This document shows positions 25,505 through 38,009 of a DNA stretch of 64,000 nt, in pieces; the first letter of the stretch is position 1; each line of letters opens with the position of its first letter. Source of the stretch: Pocillopora damicornis. Its lineage: Eukaryota. The DNA is taken from positions 434,001 through 498,000 of the forward strand of contig NW_020847484.1 of the NCBI RefSeq assembly GCF_003704095.1, in the 5' to 3' direction. A program made the position numbers and the translations under genes. The notes under the pieces were generated by a model. The model had not been told where the DNA came from. It did no database searches and was given only the letters and a program-made list of their open reading frames with translations.

Positions 25505-25540
25505 GTTACTTAGAAACGAGACACATACAAAATGGCGGAC
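25505..25540 (+). promoter_or_regulatory. RFX X-box-like motif and YY1-type motif upstream of LRGUK
   Basis: GTTACTTAGAAAC at 25505-25517 and AAAATGGCGG at ~25529-25538, about 150-180 bp upstream of the ATG. Confidence 0.5.
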
Positions 25541-25687
25541 AACACATAGCCCTTGTATGCTGTGGCAAACTTTTGTCAATTATTCCTAGAGTCAAGTTTT
25601 TATTCTCGCGAATGTACCCCGAAGGAATAATAAATTAGTTCAAGAGGTAAAAGTAGCACTGAGAAAGCAATCGATCCCAACACAACG

Positions 25688-28600
25688 ATGGAAACTACTT
25701 CTGATCATGAAGTGACGAACGAAATGACACCTAGGGCCGACAGCGAAGCACAGCACACTGAAAGTCGCACTGCTGTGGAATCGGAAACCAATGGACAGCA
25801 GGTTAATCCTGCTAAAGATACGAGCTTAGAAGAAGAAGAACCAGAAGATCAGGTAAAAATTACTTGATGTTCTCCTGGTGCATGAAAATTTACGTGCAGG
25901 TTGTTTTTTTGAAAACAATACATACGACTGGATAAGTTATATAAACTAAAAAACGTGCAAACCTCGTTACTTTAGAAATCGAAGCGTTTTCGACGAATGA
26001 TGATGGAATTAAAACCATGTTGTAACTACATGTGTGATCATGTCATTGCCAAACACCACTTCGTTGACTTTTTACTGTTCACATTTCTACCTTTCGTAGG
26101 AGACAAATGAATTTGAAGAAATGATAGCTGATGGCTTATCACAGCTGGGAAGGTCTGCTGATGGAACACTTCAAGTTTACCTTCATCTGTTTTTACCGGT
26201 ACAACAATTTTACAATTCCATCCATCACATGTAAAGAAAAAAATTTTAAGCCTTTGTAATGGAACTCAACTGTTAACTTTTTAACTCCCAAGATCTGCTT
26301 GTTTGTTCGAAATTCTCCTCACTAACTGTTACAAATTTTCTTGTAAATAAGTTACAAGAATTTTATATTAGATCAGGATAACTTCTACCTGATAAGTCTC
26401 AGTATTCTCATTACCTGTATGCTGGATAATGAGGGGATAGTACAAAGAGAAGTTATGTTTAAATCACTTCAGTGAGTCATAGTGGTACGTTGTAAATGCT
26501 TTTTCAAATGAATCCATAGAATATATTTGAAAATATGCAATTTCAAGATTTCCAACCAAAGTTGCATAGTGCTGAAGAGAAGCAATGCCATGTTACAGCT
26601 TTTTATGTTTTACTTGAGTGTTTTCTTCTCCTCAGGGATGTGGACTCACAGACATAACCTGCTTACAAGAGTATATCCATTTACAGAATGTTGTTCTTTC
26701 ACACAATTCACTAACAGGTATGAATCAACTTTGAATTGCTTGTGGTGTGATTTGTTGATCCACAGTTAAGAAGTAAATGTGATATTTTAAATCAACAGAT
26801 TTGAGTCCATTGGGTTGCATGCCTTACCTGGTATTCCTTGATGTTTCTCATAATGAGCTCACTACTGTTTTAGACTTCAAGCCTCCACTTGGTCTGAGGG
26901 TAAGAGACTGACAAGTAATGTATAGAAAAATTATGTTATTTACTTGGAAAATATGTTTTCATTTTCAAAACAATTTTTATTTAACAGTGAGTCTTAGCAG
27001 TGCACCATTTTTCTCCTCTAGGATGTAATTATGTCACATAACAAGATAGAAGTTCTTCCAGATTTGTCTGCTCATCACTGTCTTACAAGACTAACACTGG
27101 ACTGTATCTTTGCTGTTACAATGAAACAAACAACCTTTGACTCTTGAACGGGAGACTTGAAAGGAAACGAGAAGAAAAAACAAGCTACCACATGTAAAGA
27201 GTTAAATTAAATGATCCAATGGAATTTCACGTTATCAGCTGCCATTGGGATAAAAAAAATCATGATTAATATTTTACCTTTGGGTGCCTGAAGAATTTTC
27301 TTTCTAGTAGGGAGACCCCACATAACTCTTATCATAAGTTCTTCAAAGTTATATAATTTAGTGCATCATTGACTTACTAGATAAGCATATAGTTCTCTTT
27401 TTGTGTTGTTGTTTTCCTTGATGTTTCATTCTACAGACAACAGCATATCAGAGATCCAGGGATTATCAAGTTGTCACCGTTTGACTCACTTGAGTCTGAT
27501 GAACAACAACATATCCAGAATTGCTAATCTGGACAACCTGCCCCTCAAATCACTTGATTTGGTTGGTACACTTGTTATATACTACTACAAATTCAGATGA
27601 TGTTCATGATGTTGTGTCAAAGTTATGGCAGAAATCCAAAAGTTAGGGTTGAGTGGCATAGAATTACATGTACAGTACAGCTCACATATATGTTAACTGT
27701 GCAGATGAATTTCATATGCATATACGCAGGGTAGTCAGAGGCATATATACATATGCATATGTACATACGCATATGTACTATCCTTTTCTTTGTTTTTCTT
27801 TAGAGTAACAACAACATAAAGAAAATTGAAAACCTGGAAACTCTCAAATATCTTGAGGTAAGAAATTTAACATAAGAATTGTAAAAGTTAAACAGATGAT
27901 GACAAAGTTTTACATGTCAGTAGTGATTACTCTTAACCTGATGGGTTCAAGGGGTAAAATGGAGGGGTGGGGAGGGCGGGCAAAGCTTTTATTAGGACGG
28001 AGGGGAGATCATCTCACATTTTCCCACCATGGAAGAGTCTTCTACCATAAGCTGTTAATTGAGGGAACACATTTCTAGAGAATTGGATATATAATTGGGT
28101 GTTAATTTACAACTTACAATTTAAAAGCAAATCCAAGGAGTTACAGATAGATATATGAATACAGGGGTACATTTCTAAAGAAACTGTGGCTCTGCGTGGG
28201 TGGGAGAGTAATTTAACAGGGTAATATAGTATTATCAACTGAGTTTATTATGTAAAATGGTTACAGTAAAGAGATTAAAAGCTGACTTTTTGAGTGTTAG
28301 CACTTCACCAGAGCAATCAGAAACAGATGTTCTTGATATACTTAATATACTTGGAAACATATATACTTGGCTTACTCACTCAGCAAAATTGCAAAACTAT
28401 CCTTGTCTTTTAACAGAAAATCAATTTATCCAGGAACAGTATTCGCAGCATGAAAGGTCTCCAGAATCACAATTTACTTCAAGAAATTGACCTTGAAGAA
28501 AATCAGGTTGGTAGGAACATAAGTCAAATTTTTATCATGTAATATATTTATGTGTGTCATTTCCTGGCCATGTGTGAGTCACATTGCAACCTAACTGAAC

Positions 28601-31600
28601 CCTAACCTGTTTTGTTGCAATGAGAATTCAGTTTGTTTCTGATCCAACAGTTTCCAAGTAGATGTCAACTTGAAGATGTGTGAAGTCTTTCAAACTGTTT
28701 GCCAACATTTTCCTGCATATTTGTCTATCTTCAATCAGAATGACTAAGTTCCTATTTTGTGGGCATCAGCTGAGAGATTCTTCTCGATCTGTGTAGTGTT
28801 AGTGCACTTGACACCTTTCAAGGGAAATAATGACATCACAAGTGGAACTAAGACCATGATTGAACAGGTTTTTTTAGTCTTACAAGAGCTTGATCAAATT
28901 AACTAAAAGAATAAAACCTCTCCTTTGCACATGAATGTTTGGTGTCATTAGCCACTAGCTTACAGCTCTTAATCTTTTCACATTCAGGTGATTGATATTG
29001 CCGAAGTGCGATACATCAGAGAACTAAATTTATTACGGAATCTGAACTTGCTTGGAAATCCAATCCAAGGGATGCCAGACTACAGACTGTCTTTACTATT
29101 CAGAATACAAACTCTTACTGAACTGGATCGATCCAAAGTGTCACTTGAGGAAAAGGTAATGGAGTACAATGTAGCACAGCCATGAACTTAATGGCTCTAA
29201 ATAGATTGTGTACTCAACTGTTTATATGTTACATGTATATTTTTACTCTGACCAAGGGCCGCTCTTTACCATGGCCAATGTGCATTGTCAATTCAATTGA
29301 TTAAAACTTAACCATCTTGTAATAACCCCAACCAGCAGAGCACTACAGTTTCCCTTGACATGTATCTCCTTTGTTTGAAGGTTAACCTTCTGAATTTTCA
29401 CAGTGATCAGCAGCTAATATCATGAGAATAATCAAAATGATGGCCAACTAAAGAAGCTCCTGATTATTAAACAAATTCTTCCTATCAGAATATATAGAGA
29501 ATATTATGGAGAATATTCATACTGGTGTTGGGTGTAAGGGGTTAAGGTAAAAGGACAAGTCTAGCAGTTAGCCTGTGTACATTTACACTCCTGAGTGGAG
29601 AGATACACTGTAAGGGTTTAGTGTGACTGCCATGTCCCTCTTCCCCCAGCCAGGACTTCTAAATCCTGAGAGTTAAGTGTACCAAATATCAGGTCTTTGT
29701 GTTTTGCATTGCTTCAAAATGTTTTTGTATCCTTTTCATGTCTAATAAAAATTCCTTCCTTTAAATTTTTGCCTTGTTGGGGATTCAACAGGTTGCATCT
29801 GTGAATATGTTTAACCCCCCTCCAGAGGTCATTGCAGCACGTGATCACATGTTCCACGTGACAAAGTCTCTTCTCCAGCCGACAAGAATTCATGACAGGT
29901 AATTTAGGAAGCAGTATTTGTCTGATTAAAGCATCCAATACCGTGTTATTCTGTTTTCAGAATTCAATCTTTTCGTCTCATCACACGCATTGTTGCCTCA
30001 TTACGCGCATTTCCTGAGTTCTAATTGACTGGTTGCGTATAATTCACTCGTATGTTACACCCACTTGCGTGTGTCTTTTATACGAGCATTTGCGTATAGT
30101 GACGTACAGTGTGCGCGTTTTGCGCATGTAGTGTGCTGGAATTGCATTCAAAATTCAACAATCCTCTGAAGGGGTCATGCCTCGGAGCATATCCTTAATA
30201 ATTAGCGTCCTGTAAAAGTAAAATAATTGAAGCTAAAGCGTTGTTAATTGCACGCCAGGTTTGGAAATCTCTGCTTCTCAATAAAGTTGTGGTGTTGCAC
30301 TCGATTCTCTGATATTCTGATAGCTTACGTGACAATTTCTACCAAATATTGACGTCAACACAACGTTTTGACATTAAGTAACGTCTCTTCTCCGATAGCA
30401 CCCTGCCAAGTGTGGACACGCCCTATCCGATGCTGATCCTGTGTGGACCCCCCGGATCAGGAAAAAGATATTTGGCACGAAGATTATGTCAAGAGTTCCC
30501 TGACTTCTTTGGCTTCGGGTGAGATTTAAGACAAAATTCCGTACCTTCTTTTGTCACCCTCTCAGTGCTGTGATTCATCTTTGTTTTTCTTTTTCACTTC
30601 TCACAGTGTATGTCATACCACAAGATTGCCGCGGAAGAAGGAAGAAAATCTCGAGGACTACTGTTTTGTCACTCAAGAACAATTTGAACAAGGAGTTGTA
30701 ATGGTAGGTTAAACAGTTGGTGCCATGTAACAATCAGGAACTATCATTATGTAATAAACAAAGAAGTCTTGGAAAGACGGAGAAAAACCACATCCAAAGG
30801 TATAGGACTCAGTCATGTCAGGTTTGTGTTTATCCGTAGGGTAAATTCCTACAAACGTGCCAACTGGCGGGGAACTGGTACGGTGTCACACGAGAGGCCG
30901 TGGAGAGTGTGGCCCGTGAGGGACTTGCTGCAGTGTTTTACATGGACTTAGAGGTTAGTTATTTCCCTGTAAGTTATTGAGTTTTGTTTCCTCTTGTGTG
31001 GCAATGTTAAAGAAAGCAATTGAGATCCTTTTTTATGTATAATTTCAGGGAGTTTTGAGTTTCAAGAACACTTATTTTGAGCCCAGATATGTTTTAGTGC
31101 TTCCTGTATCAAGAGAGGTAGGATATCTAAAAGATAATTGGTCGTATTTTCTAACTGTCACAATAATTATCAAGGATGTTTCACGAGACATGACGTCGAA
31201 ACTAATTCAACTTTCCGAAACGTCTATCAGTCATTTTGCACACCGCCTAAGTATTAAATATTTTTTAAGTTCGGAACAGTGAAATTGTATTTGGATTTCA
31301 GATTCACGAAGCACGCCTTCGGGAGCGAGGTGATTACCCAGAACCTTTGCTGCTGCAGTCGTTGGAGCGAGCTACCTTATGCCTGGAACACAACAGAAAA
31401 AATCCCGGCTTCTTTGACATGGCTATCAACAGCGGTGAGGAATCGTCGATTTTTTATTTTTTTCCTTCGTGCTTATTAAGTTGAGGTGTAAAGCGTTAAA
31501 TTAAAAAAATGTATTTTTCGGATCCCACACAAAGGTATTGATTTTAGGTTGTAATGTGAGGAAAGAATCATGATCGAGGACACTGGATTTTAACTCAAAC

Positions 31601-32893
31601 CTGTCTTACGATTAACCAACAGAAGATCTTAGTGACGCTTACAAGCGACTTAAACTTCTTGTTATGGAATACCTTGGCATGTCACCACCATCCACAGTGC
31701 AGTCTGAATTGTTCAGCGAAAGCATGACGTCCGTTGAAACCAGCCAAACAGAGGACACTGTAAACCATGGGGCCAAATCAGGTACCAGTCAAACGACAAG
31801 TGTCACGGTCAACATGGCGGCGAGGACCTGGTCACGACGGTCTGACTCGTCGACTATTCCTCCCAAAGGAGTTAAATTAATAAAGCAAAAGACACCAGTG
31901 GTAAGTGGAGACTTCTGTTTTGTTATTGAAAATCGTTTAAGTATGTAAATGAACTTACTTCAAGAGGTTATCAAGACCCTTGTTGACCAATCGTTCTGTG
32001 GGTTGATTTGTTTGCCTTTTTCACAGGAAATTCTTTCGTTAGAGCGTCGCCAGAAACAGATAAAAGCAGCTGTAGCAGGAATTCATCAGATATCACTGGA
32101 ACAGTTCATGATGGGCACAAGGTATGGTCAATGTACCAGTCAGGGTTAAACAAAATTTAATTGTGGGAGGCGCCAAGAGGTGAAGGAGTGGGGGGGTGGG
32201 GACGGGGAACAAAACGTCTCCCGTCTCTAAGTCACCTCGTCTGGGGTTTCCTTCCCCCCCCCTTCCCCTCTATCACCCCATGCTAAGAAGGCCTGATAAC
32301 ATTTAGTGTTTTGGGGAAAAAGTAGGGGGCACTGGGGAGAAACGAAGGTTTCCTTCAGTCCTTACACGATTATAAGACAAAAAACAAAGCGCAGGGTTAA
32401 GTTCAGAGTAGAATTATTACTTCACTGCATAAATTTAACTTGGTAGGATTTATGTAAGACAGTGAAATCGAAATTTAATATCTTGTGATATCAATTACTA
32501 TCCAGGCAAGCAGTTTCGGCTACTTTCCAGCCCTCTTCAACGCAGTATTCTCCAACGGATGTCAAACGCCCGAACTCGGTCCCGCTTAATTTTAACGCTT
32601 CGCTTGCTTCTATGATGGCCAATGCGAGCAGCCAAAACGAGGCAAGAGATGGAGGCCTGGAATCGAACATCTCTGAGTCTGATGAGGAGCAGGACGGAAC
32701 TTCATCTATAGTTTCATCTGCGCGTGCGTATTCCAACGATGACGCTCAGTCTCCAAAAGAGTCAGACGAAGAAGATGAAGACTCAAGAGATCTGCTTGAT
32801 TTTATTCAAACAGAAACACTTGACTTGCATGATACCGGTTCTGTTCCGTTTTCGGGACTTTTTGGCCAAGTTGAAATCGCCAATTCTATTTAA
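25688..32893 (+). CDS. LRGUK: Leucine-rich repeat and guanylate kinase domain-containing protein
   Basis: 18 phase-consistent exons: 25688-25852, 26100-26198, 26636-26717, 26799-26899, 27022-27103, 27437-27561, 27804-27857, 28417-28506, 28988-29155, 29792-29898, 30399-30518, 30607-30703, 30840-30953, 31049-31117, 31302-31434, 31623-31900, 32027-32121, 32506-32893. Contains LGRSADGTLQVYL, SDS22-like LRRs, EEKVASVNMFNPPPEVIAARDH, STLPSVDTPYPMLILCGPPGSGK (P-loop), CHTTR and YFEPRYVLV, all matching recalled vertebrate LRGUK. Confidence 0.95.
26272..26485. mobile_element. Non-autonomous TTAA/CCCTT-ended DNA element (piggyBac-like MITE, family A)
   Basis: Begins ttaactttttaactcccaagatct. Body (tttcttgtaaataagttacaagaattt...gatcaggataact) is shared with 45956-46149 and 50782-50945. 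Confidence 0.6.
27104..27436 (+). other. U12-type (minor spliceosome) GT-AG intron, LRGUK intron 5
   Basis: 5' splice site GTATCTTT; branch site TTTTCCTTGAT at 27412-27422, about 15 nt before the AG. Joining gives T+AC=Tyr and continues the LRR frame. Confidence 0.85.
28160..28310. repeat. Family C left arm
   Basis: ggggta..tttcta.agaaact..ctgcgt.g.tgggagagta..acagggtaat...tatcaactgagtt is homologous to 1057-1175. Confidence 0.65.
29260..29372. repeat. Family C right arm
   Basis: ctctttac.atggccaat...tcaattcaattgat...gcagagcactacagtttc is the reverse complement of the left-arm consensus. Confidence 0.6.
29382..29545. mobile_element. TTAA-ended MITE (family B)
   Basis: ttaacc... to ...aaggggttaa termini. 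Body tcatgagaataa...agaagctc.tgattattaaacaaattct...atggagaatat is shared with ~34973-35146 and ~46170-46306. Confidence 0.65.
29560..29690 (-). mobile_element. Degenerate tRNA-derived SINE relic, reverse orientation
   Basis: gtacatttacactcctgagtggagagatacactgtaaggg..agtgt resembles the reverse complement of the core at ~4450-4520. Confidence 0.5.
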
Positions 32894-33477
32894 AATGTGG
32901 CCGATTCTCTCCGGGAAAAAAAGGAAAACGAACCAGGTCAAAGACGCTATCTCCAAAACTAGAATTGGAAGAACTTTAAAACGTTTACATTGTAACATAG
33001 TTAACTTTTTAAGTTCGTTTTCACAGCGTGCTTAAGTATACACCAATTCCCTGTCGTTGTTCATATTTTTTGGAGAACTTTAGACGCAATTTTGTGGCCA
33101 CTTACAATACAAACACCCTGTCATCAGCAGATTCTGAAAATGGTCTTTGTGAATTTAAACGAGTCGGTTTGTTTATATTTTGTAAATGAAGTGAAAATTA
33201 AAGGAACAAAAATTCTAGTTGGTGTTACTTTTTGCGATTAATTTGGACGTGTTTAATTCTGTTCCTCGTTGATGAGTGATTTATGCGATTGACATGAATA
33301 TAAAATATGGTAAAACTGACTGCTGTGAAGATTACAGAAAGTTTTTGGCGACTCAAAATCGGTATGTTATTGTAATGGTATTTGAGTATTTGAAATTAAA
33401 GAAAGTCGGTATGAGAGGCTTAATTCTCAGACAAGGTTTAACTCATCGAAGCTTGAAACCATTTAAGCTTCGTAAGC

Positions 33478-33582
33478 TTTCCGTCCGAATTCGAACGGTT
33501 CTGTCTGATTTCGGACGGTTCTGTCCAATGAAGGACGGTTTTTCCAGATTACAGACGGATCCGTCCGATTTTCGATGGTTAA
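33478..33582. repeat. Degenerate ~20-bp tandem repeat
   Basis: About five units of the form ...acggttctgtc... (cgaacggttctgtc, cggacggttctgtcc, ggacggtttttcc, gacggatccgtcc). Confidence 0.7.
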
Positions 33583-33808
33583 AGGTCAGTTTCGTTTGAT
33601 TTCTGACCGTATCCAAGCAAAAAAGCCCCCTTGTGTTATTCCTCTCATGTTTTCCGGCAGTTCGTTTCAAGCAGTCAGCAATCGAAGAATGTAGAACCAC
33701 TGGAACGACCGAGACGAGAGCTAACGAGATTTAATTCACTGAAATCCATAAGAAAATGATAACTTACACGTACAGCAAAAGGTTATATTTATTAGGAAGT
33801 CTAATGCA

Positions 33809-36205
33809 TTATATAAATGGCACAAAAGTGGCAATTTCATCCCATAGCGTTCTCGATGAAGTTTTAGTCGTTAATAACTTTTTCTGTTTATACCTGAAAT
33901 AACCAAGATATTTGACTTCATTCCAAGTCATCTTATCACACGAAGTCTTCATTGCTTTCGTCAGATTTTTCTTGATTTTAAATTCTTGAATCTCAACGTC
34001 TTGGTAATCTCCGTATTCTGTTGTAGAATCTAAACACTGGTCTCGCAAAGCAGCATTCTTTTTTCTTAATACAGAAATATCACGAAAGAAATCCGGAGTT
34101 TGGTTGCTGAGCTTTCGTAAAAACGAAACTTTGAAATAATCATATAGTGCTTTATCCGCACCGCTCCATTGTTCAATCTGGGTCACCAGCTCACTTGTTA
34201 GATTCCTTTTTTGAGTCTTTTTTCTTTGATTGTGATGGAAATAAACGACGTCCTCTATATCCCAGCAAAGAAGATTTTTCAACATGATCAGTGATTCATC
34301 AAAATACTCCATTAACATCACCAGGTGAAATTCTCGATCCAGTCGCTGGATATTTTGCCGAATCTCTTCCATGTTGTCAAAATCTTTTGATTCCAGACCC
34401 AAATCGAAGAACATTCCATTTCGAATAAGTTTCAATCGATCGCTGTTGATTCGTAAGTCTTGGGTGAGTATATAATTAACTAAAACATCCTTTGGGTTTT
34501 CAAAAAAGGCTTCTAAAGGGTCTGTTTCGTTCGAAATGCCCAGTATTTCTCCAAATGTCATGTAAGAGAAAGTTGACTCAAACTGAGCCACTGGATCCCG
34601 AAGAATAGTCACATATACAGTGTCTTTCGGCATGACTCGGTCCAAGACTGCTCGGTTATAACGCGAATGGCTGCAAAGTATGTTGGGCTTGATGTTGTTG
34701 TAGTGAATCATGTGATCTTCTTGAAAGAACCATGGCCAACCTAAACGATTTTGTTTCTCTATTGGAACAACAAATACAAGCTTGTTTCTTTCGCCAAAAC
34801 GGTTGAAAACGTTCGTGATAGTGCTACTTCCTGTTTTATGAGTTTTGAGGAAAACCACATTTTTTTTTGGCTTGCAACTGCAAACAAAATAAAAACATTA
34901 ATCCAAAATGAGCAGTTAGGTTTACATTAATATGTTTACGGCTTTGTTAAGCCTTTGAATACTTAGAATGATCAACCTTTAATTTCTCCCTACTATGATA
35001 CCCTTTTATCATTCATTAAGGTCATGAGAATAAAGGACATGTTCGCTAACTCAAGAAGCTCTGATTATTAAACAAATTCTCCTTCTCAGTACCGAAGGAA
35101 ATGTATAAAGAGGGGTATGGAGAATATGGATTCTGACATAAGGGCGCAGTATTTGCAATATTTTAGGGCAGCTTCCTTCCACAAAACTGCATCAAAAGTC
35201 TTGCGGTTATCGCTTTTAGTTTCCATTCACTTTAAAAGACCAAATGCTTCTTGATACTTGACAATAAAGTAGTTATTATTGATGCAAGTGCTCAAAATAG
35301 GTTGAGTGGAAAAGAGATCAGCAAGGTCATGCTCAAGATATTGAACGATCAATAGCTTTCAAGGCACATTCTGATGAAAGACCTCTTAAGAATTTTAGAA
35401 CAAGATTGGTAAGCACGTGAGTAGAATTCATTTTTTTCAACTTATGGCCCTCAGAACAAATAGGTATCGAAAAAGGAAAATGTGAAAATTTAAATAGGTT
35501 TTATGAGGCTATGAACATCGAAGAACATAAATCTATGAATAGAAAGAATTACATTAAATGTGATTATTTTACATGATTGTGAAAGAATTTGGACAACTTA
35601 TGGCCATTGAAGGCATGATCAAAATGGTCGATATCAAAATCATTTGTAAAAAACTCTCTCACGATTGCGTAGATAAGCGTTCTCATTATTCTTTTTCACT
35701 TTGATATCAATGTCGGCATTTGAAGAAGGCGGATGATATCAGGATTAAATCTGTTGTTACGACAGTGTAGTAACTCCCTTACGCTAATTTTAACATTTTA
35801 CTTTAAATAAAGCAACACGCGCACGCACGACAATATCGCTGAAATGAGCTGTCAACACATAGATATTAATCACGTGTATTTGTTTTCGTTTGGATGTATA
35901 AATACACGACCTGTTATTTTTATTTAAAAATGCCACCACCTTGACTGACAAAGAGGAAGAGCAGCTTTTAGAAAAAACTTTTGATTCACTTACCGTTTAG
36001 TTTCCTCATGCTTTTCTTCTCTGTGACTCTCCCCTTGTTTGTTTTCAATCAGGTTTTTTCCGCGAAGAATGCCTTGCTCAGTACCGATTGCAAATGCTTC
36101 CTCCTTCACAGTTTCCCAGCTGTAATACTTAACGACAATAGCGCTTATGATGCAAATGGTAACAAGTGAGACGGTCACTGATTTAGGCAATCTCTTGCGT
36201 ATCAT
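33809..36205 (-). CDS. Galactose-3-O-sulfotransferase (GAL3ST family), type II Golgi membrane protein
   Basis: Exons 36205-35994 and 34877-33809 (CG+T=Arg junction). N-terminal MIRKR plus a transmembrane segment. 5'-PAPS motif VFLKTHKTGSSTI, 3'-PAPS motif TILRDPVAQFESTF, plus EYFDESL and D..LY.YF. A possible 5' UTR exon donor lies near 37288. Confidence 0.95.
34973..35146. mobile_element. Family B MITE copy in GAL3ST intron
   Basis: Homologous to 29382-29545. Confidence 0.6.
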
Positions 36206-38009
36206 GTCTGGCGAACTGAATCTAATGCTGTCAACTTTTTGACCGGCCCACTGACTTGTTCGCTTTCCGAGCGTGAAGACGCTGATCGAGAACTGCAGCT
36301 TTAAATCACCCGAGGCTACAAGCTGGAAATTGCACAATTCCTATTGCTAGGGAATCATAGCTGATTGTTAACACAAAGCTATAATTCGCTGCGTGAAATC
36401 CTTTGATCAATCCAAACGTCAGCATTTGTTTTTCGATTCAGGTAGTTCCCAAGCGTATGATATTGTAATATGCATTATCTTGACCGACACTCCACCGCTC
36501 TATAAACGCCCGCGTTCAATACAGTGCTTTTCAAGGTAATCAGTGAAGTCTTATTTTGTGTAAGTAATTCTTCCATTTGCAAACGCGCATGCGTGGTTAA
36601 AGACAAGAGCATTACAGGTTTAACACATTTACTTAAATGGGAGATCACCTGTAACACCTGTTAAATCACCCAATCACCAGCCACCTTGCTAATGCTGTTT
36701 GGATTACATGAGGTGTTTATATAGGTTTTTTCAAAAGAGTTTTTGTTTGAAAATTGCCGTAACGTTTACTTTACAAATTAAAGTAAATTGAAAAACGGAA
36801 GATGGATTTAACTTAGGATGATCAGCTAAATTATTAACAGCAAAGTTCCATTACCTAAGCGCGTGTATTTGTATAACGTGCAAGGCCGGGGTATCACCAG
36901 GTCGAAAAAAATTTAGACACGTTTCGTACTCTGCGATCAATTGTTCCTGATTCGAATTGAAAACACTCTCGAAAAGTCAAGTTAAGGTTAAGATGAATCA
37001 CGTAAATATGTTGTATGCGACAGCCATTCTCATGTCTCAAGACTGTCGTGACAATGTCCTAAATCTTAGCCCGACACGAGACGCACGCCTCAATCTGTTA
37101 GCGAAATTCTTTTTTCCACGCCCTCGACGGCTGAATTTGATAAACATGACCGAACTTAAAATGAAGTCTTAGTTAAAATACTCGCCCGGGTGACATCTGA
37201 AGAATCTCAAAACCACGAGCAGTCCAGTTCCATCCATCGCCGATTTAATACAGGGACACACAAATATAACTCAGTCTGTGATACTCACTCAACAGACTGA
37301 CAAGTGCCGCGGATGAACACTCTTAGATCGGGTTCATAGCGCTCGAAAAACATCGAAAGGTTCCATGTAGTTCTTCAGATTTTATCTTTATTATATAGGA
37401 AAGCGGGTGATGACCAATATCCTGTAATGTATGCAAATAGAGACCCTATGGATAATTTTTAGTGATGTATCCACCTCTTTACTCAGTAGATGCCGAGTAA
37501 CCCACTTTCATTTCCTAAGACTTCGTTCGTCTTGATGTATTTGAAGTCGACGGTAGATCGCAGCGCTTTCTTTTAGAATACAGATGCTGTAAGTCTTTTC
37601 GTTATGTGTCAATATTTAAGTTTAAAGGTATTGAATTGAAGCAGGTCGGAGAAATCAAATCACTTTACGATTTTTCAAACTGGTTTGGATTTAACAAGCT
37701 CAATACCTAAACAACAACAGAGTCCGTTTTAATCGACCGTTCAAAATACTCTATAGATGCCGACAACGACTGGTAGGTAAAAACATATTTACTATCTCTA
37801 TTTGATGCAGTTCAATAAAGTTTTCAATTTGTTCTGAAAAGAGTTTTCTTTTAATCATTCGTGAAATAATGAATAAACTTGTACTCTTAAAATAAGCGGT
37901 GACAAAAATATTTCCTCTTTGATACTGAGTTCTGCGAAGTAGTAGAAATAAATAAGAATTTATCTATCTCAATAAACTATTTTATTATCTATCTCGTTTT
38001 AGTTTTAGG

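Noticed and set aside
32724-33035. Overlapping 103-aa ORF as a frameshifted LRGUK extension
   Set aside because: The main frame ends cleanly at TAA 32893 and there is no slippery site or homology support.
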